A stretch of 64,000 nt of DNA from Antechinus flavipes (lineage: Eukaryota). The notes beneath the pieces were generated by a model. That model searched no databases. It was not told where the DNA came from and worked only from the letters and a program-made list of their open reading frames with translations. Position 1 is the first letter of the stretch. The number at the start of each line of letters is the position of its first letter. The stretch lies in assembly GCF_016432865.1 (NCBI RefSeq), contig NC_067402.1, positions 223,758,001 to 223,822,000 of the forward strand, read 5' to 3'. The translations under genes and the position numbers were made by a program. Shown piece by piece: positions 59,427 through 64,000 of the stretch.

Positions 59427-59637
59427 CTGATGCAGAAGTGGAATAAGCCTGTGACCAAGTTTCTATTATTTAAACTACTTTTTCATTGTATTGCCCATAT
59501 CACCAACCATTCTTTTCTGCAGAACTTTCCTCAGTGAATAAGTTCTGAAGCTTCAATTTTCAAGAGATCCCCACAAGAAAGGGCAACATAACCCATTCTT
59601 ATCCCTTCAGGGCCCTTGTTCTATCCCAAATACTCAC

Positions 59638-59721
59638 ATATATAGATCATGCTCTGTCAAGGCTGCCTGAACCTGTTCTTGGCTTGGGGCCTCACCAACC
59701 AGCCCCTTCCAGCCAGCCTCA
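59638..59721 (-). CDS. ESPL1: ESPL1 exon (last-2)
   Basis: [27 protein letters not shown]. Confidence 0.95.
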
Positions 59722-59874
59722 CTGAAGAGAGGAACAAAATATAAGTATGTAGAAAAAGTATAAATACCAAAAAGGTGAGTGAAATTAGAGAACCCATTTC
59801 CCTGCCCTTCCCACCAAGTCAGGGATCCCTGCTAAGTGGCCCCTTGGACATTCTATGTACTTCCCCCATCCTAC

Positions 59875-59990
59875 CTGCAAAATCTGTCTCGGAATCGATC
59901 CTCTGTGCTTCCTAGATTGTTCTGCGGGTTCAAGATGTAGAAGGTATTTTGTGGATTCACTCCCCTATTCAATACTGATGAAGCCTGGGT
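59875..59990 (-). CDS. ESPL1: ESPL1 exon (last-3)
   Basis: TQASSVLNRGVNPQNTFYILNPQNNLGSTEDRFRDRFC. Confidence 0.94.
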
Positions 59991-62900
59991 CTGCATCAAT
60001 AAGATGAATGTTTATTATCCCTCCAAATGACAAGAACAAATAACTTAACATTTTAAGTTATGATTCTGTTGTCTTGCCACAACTCTAGGTAGATACTAGA
60101 AATATTTCCATTCCATTCCCCATCCAATATGGGATCAGGTGCTAATAGAATGATCTTGAACTGACATCCTCTAAAAAGGTACTGTTGTGACAGCAGAGGG
60201 CAGCAGAAACCTTCACTGGGGCTAGTAGCCAGGGAAAACCCAACTCTTAGGATAAAACAGACAGACATGGCAAATGTGAAGAAAAAATTAAGAGTGGGAA
60301 AGAATGGATCACCAAAATGATGAGACCTATGGGCTGAGAAAAAATTCAAGAATAAGTAAAGGGGTCTTAAGCCAGATTAGGCAGGCAGCTGAGGGTGACA
60401 ATGTTAAAAGAAATGGATATCTGCAGATCTAGTTCCATTTCCACCTCCTTTCATGCACATCATGATTTTGCATCCCTGAAATTCTGCCCCATCACACAAT
60501 TTTGTGTACTGGGACTTAAGTGATCGGATCACAGTCCAACAACTCAAAGCTAAGTTTCTGCCCCACATCACTAGGAGAGAACCAGGGAGCAAAGAAAGCC
60601 AGACCCAGCTGATAAAATCATCTTCTTTCTAATAGAGCATTTTTTTGGGGGGAAGGGGAAGTGGAGGGGACTCATATGAGACAGGAGGAAGAATGCTGGA
60701 CAGGGTTGACAGAAAATGGGGTAGATATGAAACAAGTGAGGTAGTGGATTGAAAATTACAATCTGAACTTTAAGGAAGTCTCTAATTTAAATCTTAGTTT
60801 CCAGGAGCCCTGTCCTTGAATGGAAGTGGAATCTGTGACTCTCCACCTGGAGGAACTAACTAGAACATTAATTGGCATGTTTATAAATTAAATCTTGACT
60901 CAAGGAAACTTGATTTAAAGTCAGCCCAGACTACCTCTAATTCTCCTAAAGGAACAAAGAATTAATGGAGACAAGGGTTGCATTTGGAGTAGGATGGACT
61001 GTTCCCAATAGAAAACTGAATGTTTTCTAATGTTACAACAAACTAATTTAGTGAGGAAACAGAGAAACTCAAATGTCCCGGAGGCAGGAGACATGGCAGC
61101 ACAAATATTATACTAATATCTCATTGGTGCCTTTGTTCTGCCAGTCCGAGAATGGGTAAGCTTCAGATTTAAGAAGTAGGAGATGAGCTTTGTGAGAAGA
61201 CTAGAGACTGGAAATACCACCAGCAGTTATGACAGGTGAACAAGAGGCCATGGGAGAAGCCAGAATTGAGGAAAGTGAGGAAAGGTCTCTGTTACCTATT
61301 AGGACAAGGACAAGACTCAAACTGGGATGGAGCAAGTCCACAACCCTGAGGGAATAATTCTAAGTAAGGGCTGAGTAGCTGACACGTGAACTTAACTTTT
61401 AACTCCAAAAAGGGTGAATACCCTGACACAATGCTAACTAAATGTTTATGGCAACTGGAGAGTGAGTTTAAAGCATGGAAACTACCAAATAAAATGCCTA
61501 ATTTATTAGCTATTTGAGGGTGTTTCTAGACTTCAGTGATTAATCTGAACAACTTTAGGGCTGGTTACTTGGCACCTTCCAGATAGCACCACCACAATGA
61601 TGGCCTTGACGGTCAGAAGCCATTTCTCATTCTCAATGTCATATGATACTATTTAGCTGTAGTGTTTAAAAGTCTGCAAATGCTCAGCAGACAGGAAGTG
61701 ATCCAAATTGCTGCACTAAGGTATTATAATCTAGTTCAATAAAGATAGGGAAGAAAATTTTTGATATTTAGATAACTGTATTCTTGGATTCAGGCAGAAG
61801 GGATGGCTTCCTACATATAAAAGAAAATCAGTTTTGAGAAATGAAGGAATTAAGCCCCACAAATCATTCCAAGTCAGGGCTCAAGGCCTCAATGACTAAC
61901 CAGAATATTCACCCATCAGGGAGTTATGGGCAAATTAAGTACAGGTATCATCTTGTAGGTCCTTCTTAGGTATAGTATTATACCACAACTCCAATTTTTT
62001 CTAATGAACTTGAACTTTTCCAGCTAGTACTTATTTTGCTTCTGACAAAGAAAGTATATAGGTCTGGTCCCTAGTTTAAGGTTCCATTTGGTACCATAAT
62101 CCCTTCTCGGTTTCATAGTACTCAAACAATTTATAACTGAACACAATGGGGACATCACAGAAGCCAAGTCCAGCACTCTTAGCATGCAATGTGATTTTCC
62201 ATAAGGACCCCTTTTTTATGGGCACTAAGTTAGAGGCCCTAAACAGATTTAGTCACTGCAGAATCAGAGCTCTCCAATATTCACCTATACTGATCCACCC
62301 ACTTGATACACAGATAGACAATTGAAACTGTGGCCAAATCTGGCTACCAAACAATTTCTGCAATATCTCAATCTTCAGATTTTAACAGGGTCAATCCCTA
62401 ACATATTGAGTGATAAGTAGGAATTCGGGGTGAAGTTCTTTTCCAGATATTTTTTCCTACTCCTGCCCAAATTATGTTTTTTAGCCTGCATTGTATGGAG
62501 GAACCCATAAAGTCCTCCATAACTTCAAGGTGGGGCTATTATTAAATTGTCAAAATCTGGAGAAAATCTGGGAAAAGGAGACCAGGAGAATGAGGAGCTG
62601 CAGGTCAGATCCAGAAGAGAAGCGGACAAAAAAAGGGAATCAAAGTAGCTTGAAAACAGGACAAGCAGATGGAGGCCCTGAATCTTAGAAAAGAAAACAA
62701 AACTGAGTCAGGAGGGAGATAGCCCATCAGAGGGAGAATACATAATAAGACTGATCAATCTGGGGCTACTGCTGACCTTTGGATGGTCTTACCTGTGTTT
62801 GGAAGCTCTACTCCTTTAGGTTCTTAGAGACTTTTCTGCTAAGCCTGATAAGTGAAGCCTATAGTAGAACCCTAGCAGCTACACTTCTATCTATTAATGA

Positions 62901-63040
62901 TTAAAACTTCTGAGTCAGATAAACCTTTAGGAGTACTTAAAACTCCTCTCATCCTCAAGCCTCAGATCCTTTCTCACTGTCCCCCAAGTACATGGCCTCT
63001 CCTTTTTCAGGTTTTTCCCCAAATTGCCCTCTGCTCCTAC

Positions 63041-63145
63041 CTCTCGGATAAGGGAGTAGCTGAGCAGGAATCGGAGTGAGGGCAGCCGAGTGACAGGCTG
63101 TGCCCGAAGACTGGGAATGTTCTCCCAGGGCAGCTTCTGCAAGTC
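63041..63145 (-). CDS. ESPL1: ESPL1 exon (last-4)
   Basis: [35 protein letters not shown]. Confidence 0.96.
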
Positions 63146-63269
63146 CTAAGGAGAAGAAAACAGAAGTTACTATTCTGATCTGGACCTTGCTGAAAGGGAA
63201 GAACTCTCTTATAAGAATACAGTCTCACAGACTGAAGTCAGCAAGTCTATCAGATTTCTTATCCCTCAC

Positions 63270-63440
63270 CTTATCCAACACCAGAACTAGGTGTCCATTA
63301 CTTTCCCCAGTCTGGCCTTTCCAACGTTCAATGGCCTCCTGTAGTAGCTCCTGAGCTTTTTCTGGATGGGCATGGCATAGACCATTGGCTAATGCCTGAA
63401 CGTCCTGAGGGGAAAGGGTATGGGCAGCACCCAAAACCAC
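63270..63440 (-). CDS. ESPL1: ESPL1 exon (last-5)
   Basis: VVLGAAHTLSPQDVQALANGLC...GHLVLVLDK. Confidence 0.95.
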
Positions 63441-63537
63441 CTGCAGGAAAAAATCAGTTATAGTTTCACTTAAGGAAGTATGGGACTGACCTCTCCCCTA
63501 CCTGGGCTTTTAGCCAACCCCTTTTTCCTTAATTCAC

Positions 63538-63693
63538 CTGCAGCAAGGTAGGGTCAGGAGTCTTCCAGCCACATTGCCCTAGTGAGTCCTTTAAAGAGGA
63601 AGCCTCTTGGGTCAGGCTTGGACTCCCAGTGAAGGGTACCAGCATCACCTTCCAACAGCCTAGTACATGTTTCTCTAGGGAAGTGATGAGGTC
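63538..63693 (-). CDS. ESPL1: ESPL1 exon (last-6); gene continues beyond the window
   Basis: DLITSLEKHVLGCWKVML...CGWKTPDPTLLQ. Confidence 0.94.
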
Positions 63694-64000
63694 CTAAATG
63701 GGGGTAAGGAGAGATGAAGATAATAAATTATACTGCAGAGATAGAACCCTGAGAACATTTTTTTTTGTGATACTTGACCCACATATCCTTCCTCCTAATT
63801 GTAGTAGATGAGAAAAAAAATTTCCCCCCTTTTTTTATTCAGGAGCTTCAGGAGAAGCTTAATAAGAATTGAAGGAAAATAAACAAGAATGATATAAATA
63901 TTAAGTACAGGGTTGCTTAGTCAGATATTATCAGTCAGATACGCAGTCAGATATTAACAATTCATTAAGGGTAGCTAGATGGTACAGTGGATAGAGCACT

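Noticed and set aside
60380-62700. Unique-looking sequence and short ORFs in the 3-kb ESPL1 intron
   Set aside because: Flanking exons join in frame without them, a candidate cryptic exon contains stops, and no family is recognisable
63919-63953. Three copies of AGTCAGATA
   Set aside because: Short irregular tandem duplication in an intron; not CRISPR-like

Overview
Mammalian genomic DNA, most likely a marsupial (dasyurid-like, inferred from the L1 3' ends and Mar1/WSINE-type CORE-SINEs). It is orthologous to the human 12q13 block. Left to right: a 19-kb repeat-rich upstream region of SP7; SP7/Osterix (+, 2 coding exons, 430 aa); AAAS/aladin (+, 16 exons, 544 aa); MYG1 (-, 7 exons, 380 aa); PFDN5 (-, 6 exons, 155 aa); and the last 7 exons of ESPL1/separase (-). 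All exons were traced by hand to GT/AG boundaries with continuous reading frames. I found no unknown protein-coding system, CRISPR array or tRNA. The most interesting observations are: (1) AAAS and MYG1 end tail-to-tail 121 bp apart, and in both the stop codon lies inside the AATAAA signal; (2) PFDN5 intron 3 is a U12-type minor intron; (3) a 309-bp TSD-flanked, polyadenylated retrocopy of non-L1, 3'UTR-like sequence lies upstream of AAAS; (4) a strong-Kozak out-of-frame uORF overlaps the start of the short SP7 isoform; (5) candidate osteogenic enhancer clusters (TCF, homeodomain, Smad, RUNX, MEF2) surround SP7; (6) an interrupted CAG repeat lies in the SP7 upstream exon; (7) there are several TSD-flanked micro-insertions, one at the AAAS exon 8 acceptor. 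Comparisons with human/mouse proteins and repeat families are from recall, not database searches.
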